This document shows, one piece after another, positions 37,611-49,787 of a stretch of 64,000 bases of DNA (position 1 is its first letter; the number at the start of each line of letters is the position of its first letter). Below the pieces are notes generated by a model. That model made no database searches, was not told the origin of the DNA, and saw only the letters and a program-made list of their open reading frames with translations. The position numbers and the translations under genes are program-made. Source of the stretch: Leidyana gryllorum EB-2025a (lineage: Eukaryota; Protista; Apicomplexa); the NCBI GenBank assembly GCA_048772705.1, contig JBLWGC010000205.1, positions 103,656-167,655 on the forward strand, given 5' to 3'.

Positions 37611-39362
37611 TTTTTTGCTCCCCTATTCCAACTCAGCCTTCCATTCTCTCCCGCTCGCTCTCTCTCTTTCTGGCCAGTGAGGGCGGGGTGGGAGACAGAG
37701 AAACTCAATGTGGGGGGGGCGAGGAATGGGTGTGGGATCGTCGGTGTGCGGGATGGCGGTGGCTGTTTCAGATGACACTGTGGCGGATGGCTCATTTTTC
37801 TCAGTGTTTGTTCTACGAGCAAAGGCATAATGAAGGGAGGAGGTAAGGGGTTCGCAGAGGCGATGATTTCATGAGGCCGGTCGACCCTGAACTACGACCC
37901 AAACACTATTATTGTACATATTTGCCCAATTCTCCAGCTCAATGCGGCTGGAAAGAGGCAAACAATTGTTGTCCTCTGATTACTAACGTCGCTCAGATCT
38001 GGTGTGAGCGGTGTGTGGGAGTCGGTTTCTCGACCATAGCTTACCGCGGCAAAGTTGGAGAGGTGTGGAGCGACCAGATGTCTACCACTTCTCTTCTCAC
38101 TTGGAGCGGTCTGGTGCCGCGTAGAGTTGTGATCAAAGGGTAAATGTCGATTCGGATGCGATTAAATGGTCGCACAGACCGGAAGTTTAATTTACTACGG
38201 TGAGAGTTTGCGATATCGGTAAAGTGTCGTCCAAATGGGAGACTTCGTCCGGTGCCAGAGACATTCGAGACACGAACGAGCAGAGTAAGAGGTAGCGGGA
38301 TTTCGTGGTCTCGAAGGCCCACTGGCGAATGAGCCCAAGTCGCAATGCACAGCACTCCTCTGACTCCTATGAACGACACAAAGCGTTAGATGATAGACTC
38401 TGTCTGTCATAACGGGTCGGACTAATGCATATTTATAGAACATATGAGAGAGAGGAGGGTGGCAATGCCCAACACCCCGTCTCGCGTCTCACTTCTCAGT
38501 TTTGTTGTCTGACTCATTTGCATTCGCAAATGGCTCGCGATGTCAATTCGAAGGTTAGTTATCATACGATCTCTCTCGTCCTTGGAAATGAACGTTCTGT
38601 GTGTTTGCGTATAATACACTTGAGATAGCCTTTGAGGCATCAACACTTTATAGTCCACTCTCTCACACAACACAGCCACATACGAGGAGTGTTCTCGTCG
38701 TGCGTCTTTTGAGAGCGAAGCGTTGACTCAGGGGGCACTATCAGTGACCCTTCAGTCGCATATCTCGGGATGCGTGTGTGCGCGCGCGGCAGCCAGCGAA
38801 TGGTGTACTGTGTTCAATAGCCCTTGTTGCTGTTGTCGTTCGTGCTGTCATTATTATTGGGCAGTGGTGACGGGTGCTTTTGTGTCAGGAGGGGAGGAAG
38901 TCCGACCCCTTCGGAAGGAACGAGCCGAAATATGAGCGTTGTATCCCGCCAGGACGGTCGGCGTTTGGAAAGAAAATGACTTGTTATGATACATTAGTCA
39001 CCCCAAAACTATACGGGGTGGAAGGAAAAAATTCCTCTCGACATGGATTCCTCACCACGGCAGGCGGCTGAGTGAGTACCTGGTCTCCATTCTTCTCGAT
39101 CGAAGCGGCAGCCCCACATATACAACGCCTTCAGTCTTTCATAGTCGTCGGATGAGGCGTCGTGGTGAAGATGAGATAGCGGTGCGTGAGGAAAAAAAGT
39201 AGTAATAGATCACTCTATCCGTGACCTCGGTGAGTGATTGCATGAAAGAATGTCAGTAAGGGGATATGTAAATGAACGAATGATCATCAATATCTTTCTC
39301 CATCCATCCCGAATGCCACACGAGAACTGTTTCTTCTCCTTCCCGTTGTTCTCGAGAACCTC

Positions 39363-40819
39363 TCAGGAAGAATATTGGTTCAGGAAGGCAATGTGGAATT
39401 GACGGAAACGCTCCAACCCGCTTGTCAATACTTCAATGCTTGGCAGTATGGCCAGACGAATATGATGGGTTCCTGGTCGCTGCCCGAAACCATCTCCGTT
39501 CGATGTGACAAACCCTGTCAGCCAATAATATGTGCCACACACGCACACACACACACTCACCAGTCGCTTCCAGAAGTTCCATGCAATACATCATTTCAAT
39601 GGATTGATTGCGTCGTTTGGCCTCCTCGATAGCAGCCTGCGGGAACTCGATGCGAGGGAAAGCGTACATTGCGCCTAAAATCGGCTGGCATGACACGCCA
39701 GGCAGAGAGTTAAAGAAATCCGCCACAATTATAGCTTTCTCCTTCAACTCCTGGAACGTCTTGGTCCTGCAACACACAAATTTGTCACAATCATCCAACC
39801 ACGGTATATCGATCAGTAGAAACACCCATCATCCCAGCGCAGCTCCGTCATTTCCACACGGGCGTGCCACTGGCGACGCCCCCACACGAACTGAATTGTG
39901 TGCTTACTTTTCTGCCAAATAGCCATCATACGATTCATCCCCGGGGACGGGGGGGTTGGTGATGCAGGCGATAGTAGTTTGGCCAATGGTGTTCGAGCAG
40001 AGATCCACTGAGCGCATTTTTACTATCACAGCGCGGCAATCCTCGGGTATATTCTCCAAATGGCAGAACCCTCCTCTGAAGCCACACTCCCCGTAGAAGC
40101 CTTTGGAGCTGCTGTGGAGACTCGCCAATTGGGTGTGGAGCTGATATTTATGAAGGATTCGTCTGAACGGGTGGAAAGGTTTTTCCTCGTAATAGCAATT
40201 TTCCTGATAGACCTCGTCAGCGATAACAAGAAGGTCTCTCTCTTCAGCGAATTTGAGAACCGCTGCAACCTGTTCCTCAGTCAGGAAGCAGGGAGCAGGG
40301 TTGCCAGGACATATTACGACGAGGGCTTTCACCGTGATACCATTATCCATCGCTCTATCGAAGGCAGTTCTGAGAGTCTCCAAGTTGAGACTCCAATTAT
40401 TGTCCTCGTCCAACTCGTAGCCAACCACTTGGCCTCCCAATTTCGTTATCGCGGCGCTGTACAGGGGGTATTGAGGAATGGGAGTGAGTATGCCGTCGTG
40501 TTGACCTCCTATTAAGCAAGTCAAGAGCGTGTTAATAGCCTCAGACGCTCCATTCGTGATCATGATATTATTGATGTCGGGCCGGACCCCGTCCCGTCGT
40601 TCCAGAAAGTTGGCCAGCTCGCCACGTAGGCCAGCGGCCCCCAGAGACTCCGTGTAGGCACCGGCATTCTTCAAGAAACCGACATACTTTCGGGCTCGTT
40701 GAATACTATCTAGGGCAAAGTGTTTGCGTAATTCATTCTCGTCTGCAGCCAAAAGTTGCGGACAAGCAACCAATGCGATGGTCTGCAAAACAACAGATAT
40801 TATCCTGTGAACGCCCTCG

Positions 40820-40855
<36 letters not shown>

Positions 40856-41591
40856 CGTGTGTGCGTGTACTACTCATACACACGTGTGTGCGTGTACTAC
40901 TCATACACACTTCTCCCGCAGTAAGGGAGTTTTGTTGATAATAGATAGTTTGACTGCTCACCTCTCGCACATAGGAAAGGGGTTTCATTCCGAGCGCCAT
41001 TGGGTTTCCAATATTGCATGGAATAATTCGATCAAAAGCTGTTTTGAGAAATAGATCACATAGATCTCGCATGTTGAGATTCAAACTCACGTTGATTTTC
41101 GATGTCTCGAGCCAATTCATTGGATCGCGCCAAGATGGGACCTCTCACCGCATACTGCGTAGGCCGACATTACACTTTCACTCAAAAGAATGTCCTCTCA
41201 CCTCGACCGCTTTGATTTTATCGGGAATGCCATCCATGGAGAAACCAGCTGAACGATTTCCAATAGAGGGAAAGCGAGCAGAGTTGGGGGAGGGAGTGGA
41301 GGTCGTGGAGGCACTTTCGCGAGGTGAATGTGCCAAGATGTGCGGTGCAGACTTGGGCTCGGTTATGAGCAGTGAGTTTCTAATACTGTTGTCTGATGTC
41401 GGTGACTTCATGGTGCCAGAAGAAGCTGCTGTATTCAGTGATTCGAAGACAATATTACGTCCCAAAAAAGGGTGCTTTTGCAGTCTCCTTTTGTAAACGA
41501 TTTTGCCGTCCCAGTCAGAGTCTTTTCCGCCCCAACCGACCCAATCTGAACCCATAAACTCCTCTATATCACTGTCTGTCATCTCGTCCAT
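39363..41591 (-). CDS. Alanine aminotransferase (PLP fold I) with N-terminal extension, multi-exon
   Basis: VE|YAVRG, CNIGNPMALG, GAYTESLG, PIPQYPLYSA, ADEVYQENCY, PLP-Lys SLHSSSKGFYGECGFRGG, GAMYAFPRI and GFGQRPGTHHIRLAILP. Confidence 0.93.
40821..40910. repeat. (CA)n microsatellite followed by a 27-bp tandem duplication, intronic
   Basis: CA run, then cacgtgtgtgcgtgtactactcataca twice. Confidence 0.9.
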
Positions 41592-41643
41592 AACTCTTTT
41601 TTCGCCACTGAGCCCTCAAAACTTTAACTCTTAGTCAATTTTT

Positions 41644-43378
41644 ATGCCACCACGGTCACAGATAAGCCGTGTGAAACCCACACGCAAGCTACCAGCCACC
41701 GCACAACTCGTTGATACACTCCCAAGCACCACACAGCCCCCCCCAGCCGCTGTTCAACCAGTCAGTAATGGGTCGGGCATCCACCGAAACCTCAGAAAAG
41801 GCCTCCTCTCAGCATCCGAGGTCGTCCTGGAAGAACTTGTGAATGAGAATGAAGATCCATTCGATTTAATATCCGTCATCCGCTTCCCTCCTCCAGTTGC
41901 CGCCATCCTCAGGGCCAGACTATCCGAAGCCTTCCGCCAATCGCTCGAAGCCTGGCGCGAAGGTGTCTTACCCAATGTCAGCGCCAGAGGACACCTCGGC
42001 CTTACAGTAACACCCACACCCAAAGAAGATTACCGCCTCTTCGAAGTCCATGTGGACCTAATGGAAGAAGCAGAAATCGCTCTCATGAAACGCTGGAGAC
42101 CAGACTTTGATCCAACACAGCACCCTCCACTCCTACCAAAGAACGCCCCCAAAACTGCTCAGGGACAGGGTAACAAACAAACTGGCCAGTCTAAAGCCAA
42201 AGCCAAGGGTAAAGCTCGCTCAGGTTCAGCTGCCAGCAGTGTGATCGTCGACGTCTCCCAACCAATCAGCAGCAATGAGCTGAAAGACGATTCGGCGCCC
42301 ACTCCGACACCACTCGCCACGCTACAAATGTGGGGACTCTTAACAGAGCTCCCCACGCTTATAGAAGCATATAAATCGCTTGACATGGAGACCATGATCA
42401 AGTCGGCGAATATCAGCCAAATGATGCTGGTATACTTCCCCGAAGACGAAAATCGAACTCTACCAGCTTGCGTTACTAACGTCAATGGGGAGTTGCATCA
42501 TTGTTGTGAAAAAGTGCAAGCTCAGTTGGAGGGGATGGAAGATCCAGAGTCCCTACTACTCAATGACTTGTCCAAACTACGGGCCCCCAAATGCCCTTGG
42601 CTGTACCCTTCGGGTATAACAGCTCCCACAGCAATGCACATAGAGCGTCGGAAACGCGATCTGGACCTCTTTACGAAAGCAGAAATCCAAACTGCGGAGC
42701 TTGAAATGCTGTCGGTAAGTGTGTGCACACATCTTTCAATGGGATATTTCCCGTTAGGTACTACGGCAAGGGCGTCATGAAAGCGCCCACGTTGAAGTGG
42801 CGTCTTCTTTGGAAGGTTTTATGCAGCAAGAAGCGCTGCAGAAGTCCAGCACTATTCACCCGCAGCAAGCTATAGTCCATCCTGCACCGGATATCAAGCT
42901 AACCTACGTTGTGCCAGAAAATCCGACTGATCTGTTTGATAATCCAGCATCAGATCTTTCCGACGAAATGTTCGAAGATGAGCCGACCAAAGATGAGAGG
43001 CAGCTGTTCGAGGGCGACTCAGCGGCAGTGGCTCGACGAAGACGTGAGAGGCGGCAAGGACCGACTGCAATTGCCACCAAGGGACCGATGACTGGTCAAC
43101 AGGCGATGCATACGAGTTTGGAGGAGGAGTTCAACGAGTTGGCGCAGATGCAAGCGCGTCAAGCGGTTCAAGATCTGGAGGCTGACTTTGAAGCAGAGTT
43201 TAGCTACGGAACGGGCATGATGGTGGAGAACACCACGATGGGAATGGATGAAGATGTGAGTGATCACATCACATCGATGAAGAAGATCGATCCGGAGCTA
43301 ATTAAGAAAGCTAAGCGGAAGAAGAAGAAAGGAGGAGATGAGAGCGTTGTGGGGGCGTCAGAATCAGCAGCTGGCTGA
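41644..43378 (+). CDS. TAF7: TFIID subunit TAF7-like (TAFII55 N-terminal domain), 2 exons
   Basis: VIRFPP, LTELPTLIEAYKSLD..IKSANISQMMLV and YPSGITAPT..IERRK. Confidence 0.85.
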
Positions 43379-43455
43379 TACACTGGTGGAGAAGTGAAAG
43401 GTCGTTGCCTTGTCATTCATTAAACAATAATGGGGGCGAAGTGTTAATTATTCAA

Positions 43456-44621
43456 TCACATCTGAATGGGAACACGCTTGGTGACGAAAGAAGGACGCTG
43501 ATGCATGACTCGAGGGTGAATATCGGAAATTTCCATCACCCGTCCTTTGGGAGGCTGAGGCTTCTCTACCTGTTGTTGGACGACCTCGGGGATCATGGCA
43601 AGAGCACCATCAGGCGTGATGGTCTCGTGGGTGTCTAGGAGATGAGGAGTGGCGGGGATTTGCTGCTGTTGTGGTTGTTGCTGCTGGCGAGAGGAAGGAG
43701 GGATTGCCGAGGGGGGTGCCGCGATGATGGTGGACTCGCGGTGGAGGAGTTTCTGGAGGGCTTCGAAAAAGCCGCAACAGGCCTGAACAGGATGTTGTTG
43801 GAACTCCTCCTGCTCGGTAGCGGAAGAGTCTGTGTAGGAGATCGAGCATTGCGAGAAGGTCTCAATTTGCTGCGAGGGCTCCTGTTGGTACTGAAGTGAT
43901 TGCTGCTCGATTGAGCGAGGACTGCGGGGAGCGATAGCCGAGGGACGGTATCCACGGAGGAAGTTGTTTTCGACTACAGGTCCGTTTCTGGGGCGGGGAG
44001 TGGGGCGACCATTGCTGCTGGTGCTGTTTGCACTGGAGCCACCGGTTTGGCCGCCGACGCTGGCGAGCTTTTTCTTGATGTCAGCGACGAGCTCCTGATC
44101 CTCGGGGGCCGAGAGAGTGAGGCCGTCCAGGAGAGAGACGACAGGGCTCAGCACAGACATGACTTTCTGCACGGCAGATTGTGGACTGGAAGCGTTTGGT
44201 GTGCAACACTCACCTTTCTATCGCAATCGGCGATTTCCCTGAGCTTTTCAATTTTGATCTGATCGATCTCGCTTTGCGTGAAGTAATGTTTGGCCATCGA
44301 TTCGTCATCGAGACACTTTTTGGCGGTTCTGGGAGTGATCTGGAGAGTTTGATGTTCGGCTCCAGGGCCACTCAGTTCGCGGCTGCATACGCCGCCATTG
44401 CATCCAGAGTTGAGGCTCCGAGCAGATCTCAGGTTGTGGGGAGCACCGACTTCCCTGACGCGAGGAGTCACTCTTGGAGTTGTAACTGCAGAGGGCATCG
44501 GAGCCCCTTGATCTTCAGCCTCGACTTCGGCTCTAATTTTGGCCTTGACCGGGTCGGGTAGGCCATGTGACATTCCGGCTCTTTGAGCCGCCTTGTAGAA
44601 GTTTTGGATATCTGCGTCCAT
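43456..44621 (-). CDS. Hypothetical low-complexity protein, 2 exons
   Basis: ORFs 44148..44621 and 43456..44172 can be joined by a GTGAGT..CAG intron. Confidence 0.55.
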
Positions 44622-44722
44622 TTCTACACCTGTGAATTGTGGGAATGTGGCTCAGCGAGGCAAAGCAACTCACTTCGTAACGCTGAAATATAAACTTATT
44701 ATATAAAGCTTAGGCTGGACTG

Positions 44723-44730
44723 TGCATGCA
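44723..44730. promoter_or_regulatory. TGCATGCA palindrome in divergent intergenic region
   Basis: Lies between ATG 44621(-) and ATG 44792(+). Confidence 0.4.
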
Positions 44731-44791
44731 CAACTGTGGGGCCCGTCATAGGATATCCCTATATCGAACAGAGCAGACAACTGTGTGAACA

Positions 44792-45411
44792 ATGGACCCA
44801 AACTCAGGTATATAAGCGGGCTCAAGGCTTCTCAGACTCACACATTTGCAGCACCCCAACCCCCTCCCCCCCCTCCTCCACAAACCTTCAACCGAGCCAA
44901 CACTCGGGTGAGTGAAACAATTTGACGGTGGCCAAATCGATGTTGTCTCGTTCAGGAACTGGAAGGTTTGAAATCCTTCGAGGAGATCAAACAGATGGCT
45001 GCGGAGGGGAGAGCGGACATGGCCACTCGAGGCCTTTCGCGATCCCTGTCACACGCACTCCGCAGAGGAGAGTCTCTGGCTGAGAAGAAGGCGGCCTGGC
45101 CGTTCGATCTGTACCAATGCACCAATATGTATCCCGTGGACTATACCTATTGGGAGCGACCCATTACGACTTCTACTGGCCAGTCGAAGCTCATCACCAT
45201 GCACGCCCATGCGTACACTTCCGAAGGCGAGGAGTTTGCCGCCGACCAAGTGTACCACAGATCTGCGATGAAGGGCGCGCACACCCGCGCGATCAAGAAA
45301 TTCTTAGACATGCAGGAGCAAAAGGGTGAATTAGCCAAGTTTGCCAAGAAGAAGGACAAGTGGGGAGCTCTACAACTCCAATTGTTCAACAAGAAGGCAC
45401 CAATTGCATAG
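44792..45411 (+). CDS. Hypothetical small basic protein, 3 exons
   Basis: MDPNS|APQPPPPPPPQTFNRANTR|ELEGLKSFEEIK.. joined in frame through two GT-AG introns. Confidence 0.55.
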
Positions 45412-45484
45412 AATTTCGTCGGAGCAAACTCGTTGACAGACGATCTTATTACACCTTCTTCTTCGTACATAACTGGGTGAACTC

Positions 45485-47558
45485 TCATAATACGTCTTGT
45501 AATGAGTCTCGATACCGAGTCAACATTGCCCAATACATTTCCTGATAAAGGCAACCGAAAATGAACGCGGAACGCAGCATATAAAGGGGAGGAATGCACC
45601 CCTCAAGCACCAATGTCCACAATTTCACCCCGTCACGACACCAAAAGAGTGTCAGTCAACTCACCCCGCCCATATCATTCATATGCTTCTCAACCTCAGC
45701 TTCAGTGGTACACGTAATCATTTTCCACGACTTGAACACCCGATCTTTGATCGAGCCTTCCCAAACCAATTTACAATGTTTGTCAAGACTCAATGTTTGG
45801 TCTTCGTCGTCCTCGTCGTCACCGTTGATGTCGTCGGGACTCCATTTTATTCTTCGCAACATTAATGCTTTATACTTTTTGATTGCTCGAGGACCCCCTG
45901 CGAGCGAGAGATAGACGAACATCAGGTACAGCAGGTCGCGAGCTCACCTTCAATGGCCACCATGTTCCCGACCCCCGGACAGAGGACGCAGACTCCGGTG
46001 ACATGGAGTTGTTTGGCATTCGTGTGGATCTGCAAGGGAGCTTGTCGGAGAAAGACAAAGAGAGAGAGAGAGAGAGAGTCACCTTATATAACTGTTTGGT
46101 GTCTGTGACATTCTTTAGCGCAAATACGGCACATTGCACCGCCACATTGGTTTCGTCCTTTTGCATCCACTTCGCTGCGACCTTTTCCGCTCTTCGCTCC
46201 TTGGACAATTTCTTGCTGGCGTTGCGAGCTTCGTGGGTGGCCAAGCGGTCTCGAACTTGCTTTCGCACTTTCTGCTCCGTGGCAGTGGGCCCGGCAACCG
46301 CCTCCTCGCCCAACACCCGCATGAGGTTCGACAGTTTGGTTTTCGGAGGGTCAGGCGGAATCAGACCCATCCGTATTTTATCTTGTTTCTCCTGCTCGCG
46401 GATCTTCCGCTTCCGTCGACGCATCTTTTTCCGCTCCCTCTCAGTCAGATAGATAACAGCCGCCGTCTGCGTCAAGTCCTTCTCGGCAATGGGCTCGATG
46501 GGCACTGGATGCTCCACCAAATGCGTTATTTGCTTCTCCACTATCCGATAGGGGAAAGTATCATCAGACACATCGGGAGGCGGAACCAGGACCACACTTC
46601 CGCTGATCTCTCCTTCACAAGGCGCCGGCTGGGCTTCAGACCAACCCGTCCCTCTCTCACCCTTCTTCCGAGCTTTGGCTGCCTTTCTTGCCGCGATCTC
46701 GGCTGCAGGCAACCGCTCCACCAGTGCAATATCCCAAGACTCGAGTTCAGGAAATGCGTCTTGACGCTTTCTCTGGAGGGGAACCATTTGACGATTGTGG
46801 ACCACAGGCTCGCGCCGGTCTTCGGGACCCTCGGCAGCATCCGCCGCATCACGCGCAACAGCACTCAGGAATATCCCCTGGGCGTTCCGTCCACCCTTAC
46901 CCGACCAGCCTTCGCTGCGACGCAAGAAATGGTCAGCTGCAGCTCGGGCCTTGATCGTACTGTCGTCTATCACTGGCAGAGCACCAGCGGCGCCACTCAA
47001 CTTGAGGCTGTCGATTCCGCCCTTTCCATTGTTGGCCTTCCGCTCGAGATTCTGTTGACGACGCAGATAGAAACCAGACTCAACAAAGCGTAACCCTTGC
47101 TTCTTGAGCTGAATATAAAAGTACAAGTCAGACAGAACACGTCATTCAAACACTCTCACCTTGTTGCCTCCACTCTTCAGCGAAGGATCGAACCAAGGAT
47201 TCTGAGCGGGGTCACTGAACGCCTTGAGGTTGATCTTGCTGACTTTATACACTTGCTTTATCTTGGCCTCTTTCTCAAGGTTCTTGTTGATCTTCAGTGT
47301 GGCATATTTCGGCCTGAAACCATCCAAAAGACTGCTGGCACCGCCCGCCGGACGCTGGGGGGGCGCCGCTGACGAAAAGCGGGAATTTGCCAGCGCCTCA
47401 CGAGCTGCAGCTGCCCGTGCTAGAACGGCTTCCTTATTGAAGGCCAGTGGAACGGCACTGGGAGCTCCCGCAGTCGCGGTTTGTGGTTGTGCGGCCGGAA
47501 CTTCCCCCCATCGCGTCCTACGCTTTTTGGGCTCGGGTTCGCGGCTCTCGCCTTCCAT
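45485..47558 (-). CDS. PRPF3: U4/U6 snRNP protein PRP3, multi-exon
   Basis: ITHLVEHPVPI, YLTERERKKMRRRKR..EKQDKIRMGLIPPDPPKTKLSNLMRVLG, GPRAIKKYKALMLRRIKW and CKLVWEG. Confidence 0.95.
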
Positions 47559-47894
47559 AGTGTGCGAAAAAAAGTGGTCTACTGGTGTGGGTCGATGTGG
47601 GTGTCAAGTGGTGTGGACCTCAAGTGAGCCCCTTGCCCCGACGTTGGCTTTTGGGACTGTTCTGCAATAGTCACATTGGCTGCCCGTTTGTGGTATGGGC
47701 AGCCCCAATCTTGACAGCACACACGTGTGTATGTAGCATCTTGGAGCCGGTTTTGTTGGTTTTGATGCGCTGTGTCCGTCGGCCGAGTTTGTTTCGTGTT
47801 GAGTGATGCTGGCATTGCCAAGCGGTGGTTGATTGACTGATTAGCTGGAGATGTGAGTGGTGAGCTTTTGTTGGTCGTGTTTTTTGGGTGTCCT

Positions 47895-49445
47895 ATGTCA
47901 ATCGAAACGATCGGAAAGGCGGGTTTGTTCCTGATCGAGTTGCTGGTGTTGTTAGTATGTGTGGCTCTCGGAGCCCGTATAGGTGGGTTGGCGATCGGAT
48001 TCTATGGAGGACTGGGTATGGCCCTCTATTGTTTCTTCTTCCAAATGGATGCGGGAATGATTCCGTACGATGTGATGATGATCATTATGGCGTGCGTTAG
48101 CGCTGTTGGTGCGATGCAGGCTGCTGGTGGATTGGACTATGCAGTATATTTATGTGAGAGGTTACTTCGTTCACGTCCCAGTTGGATAATATTTCTGGCG
48201 CCTTTGACGACTTTCTTGCTTACAGTGTTGGCGGGAACTGGGCACACGACTTACAGTGCTCTGCCGGTGATAATAGAAGTGTCCAAGGACAGCGGTATCA
48301 AGCCGTGTCGGCCGTTGTCGATAGCGGTTGTAGCTAGTCAGCTGGCGATTTGCGCAAGTCCAATAAGCGCGGCAATAACATGGTTGGATGAGTCTGTGAA
48401 GAGCGAAGAGCAGTACGATTTTGGATATCTTCATTTACTGGGAGTGCTGATTCCCTCTTGTTTCATCGCCACATTCATTGGAGCAGTGGTGGTGAATTTG
48501 CGCAAAGGAAAGTATCTGTACGACGATCCTGTGTTTATCAAACGGTTAGCTCGAGGGGATTGCAAGATGCGTACGACTCTTCCAGACGAGACGATAGAGA
48601 AGGTTCGAGCTTTACGGTTAGAAATGGCCGAAGCCTCAAGAGCGAAGCGCAATGACGATAGGCTGACGCCATATCAATTGATGGTCAATAGCGCCAATGC
48701 TGACGGGGATGGCGCTTCTGCGGTTGGAGTCGAAGATAATCTGTCTTTCCTGATGCTCCCATCCGCGCTGGGTGCAAATCGCTCCGTTATACTGCCGGGT
48801 GCCCGACGAAGTTGTTTGATCTTCTTGCTGGGAGTGGGCTGCATAGTGGGATACTCTATATGCATAAGCCCTACCGTGGTACCCAGATGGCGGTCGGAAG
48901 ACAAGCATATCCGCAGCTCAGACGCCGTAGTTGTCATATTCCTTACGGTGGCAGCTCTGATCATCCATTTCACTCACATTGATCCCGCCTCCATCACCCT
49001 CACTTCAACTTTCCGTTCGGGCCTCAATGGCTGTGTTTGCGTACTCGGTGTCGCCTGGATGGGCAATACTTTTGTCACGAATCAATTAGACCACATACGC
49101 AGCATTTCTGGAAACTTATTCGAAGTCGCGTCATGGCTCTTCCCTCTGATTGCCTTTGTGGCCGCTATCTTACTCTACAGTCAGGCGTCTACTCTCATGG
49201 CATTATGGCCGCTTGCGTTCGATCTCCACGTCAACGGACTCACTATGGTGGCCTCGGTGCCCGCCACCGGTGCTCTTTTCATTCTGCCCACCTATCCCAC
49301 ACTTCTCACGGCCGCGGAGATGGACGACACTGGATCTACCAAACTTGGCCGATACGTCTTTGATCATTCTTTCATTCTTCCCGGACTCCTCTCAATCGTT
49401 CTCGCGGTTGTACTCGCTTATGGATTCGGGGCCATCATACTGTGA
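47895..49445 (+). CDS. Anaerobic C4-dicarboxylate transporter, DcuA/DcuB family (bacterial type), intronless, 516 aa
   Basis: LGARIGGLAIGFYGGLG, AMQAAGGLDY, LAGTGHTTYSALPVI, PCRPLSIAVVASQLAICASPISAA, VLGVAWMGNTF, LLYSQAST, LFILPTYPT..AAEMDDTGSTKLGRYVFDHSF. Confidence 0.93.
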   Translation: MSIETIGKAGLFLIELLVLLVCVALGARIGGLAIGFYGGLGMALYCFFFQMDAGMIPYDVMMIIMACVSAVGAMQAAGGLDYAVYLCERLLRSRPSWIIFLAPLTTFLLTVLAGTGHTTYSALPVIIEVSKDSGIKPCRPLSIAVVASQLAICASPISAAITWLDESVKSEEQYDFGYLHLLGVLIPSCFIATFIGAVVVNLRKGKYLYDDPVFIKRLARGDCKMRTTLPDETIEKVRALRLEMAEASRAKRNDDRLTPYQLMVNSANADGDGASAVGVEDNLSFLMLPSALGANRSVILPGARRSCLIFLLGVGCIVGYSICISPTVVPRWRSEDKHIRSSDAVVVIFLTVAALIIHFTHIDPASITLTSTFRSGLNGCVCVLGVAWMGNTFVTNQLDHIRSISGNLFEVASWLFPLIAFVAAILLYSQASTLMALWPLAFDLHVNGLTMVASVPATGALFILPTYPTLLTAAEMDDTGSTKLGRYVFDHSFILPGLLSIVLAVVLAYGFGAIIL

Positions 49446-49787
49446 CCTCCGCTGCCTGCGAAGACGGAGACGGAGACATCACAATCACAAACACACGCAC
49501 GCTGCCCTTATACCCTCTTCTCTATCTGATAGCTTATCGAAGGACTGCGTTTGCTCTGCTGATCGAATACCACTCACATCTGGACACCGGGTGCATGTGT
49601 TTTTTGCGAAGATTGTGATCTATAGAAATATGGCTGGGAAAAGTGCAGCATTTCGGCCCTTTATCGGGGAAGACTTCTTTTTTGAGGGCGTGTTGGTGGA
49701 TTGGGATGATGCGTACATAGAAATCACTCTGTATATGACCTCCTTCTTTAAGAGAAGGAGGCAGCGAAACCCTTTCTCGGCAAGTTG

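Noticed and set aside
45883-47093. Long plus-strand ORFs (189 aa and 319 aa)
   Set aside because: Antisense shadows of PRP3.
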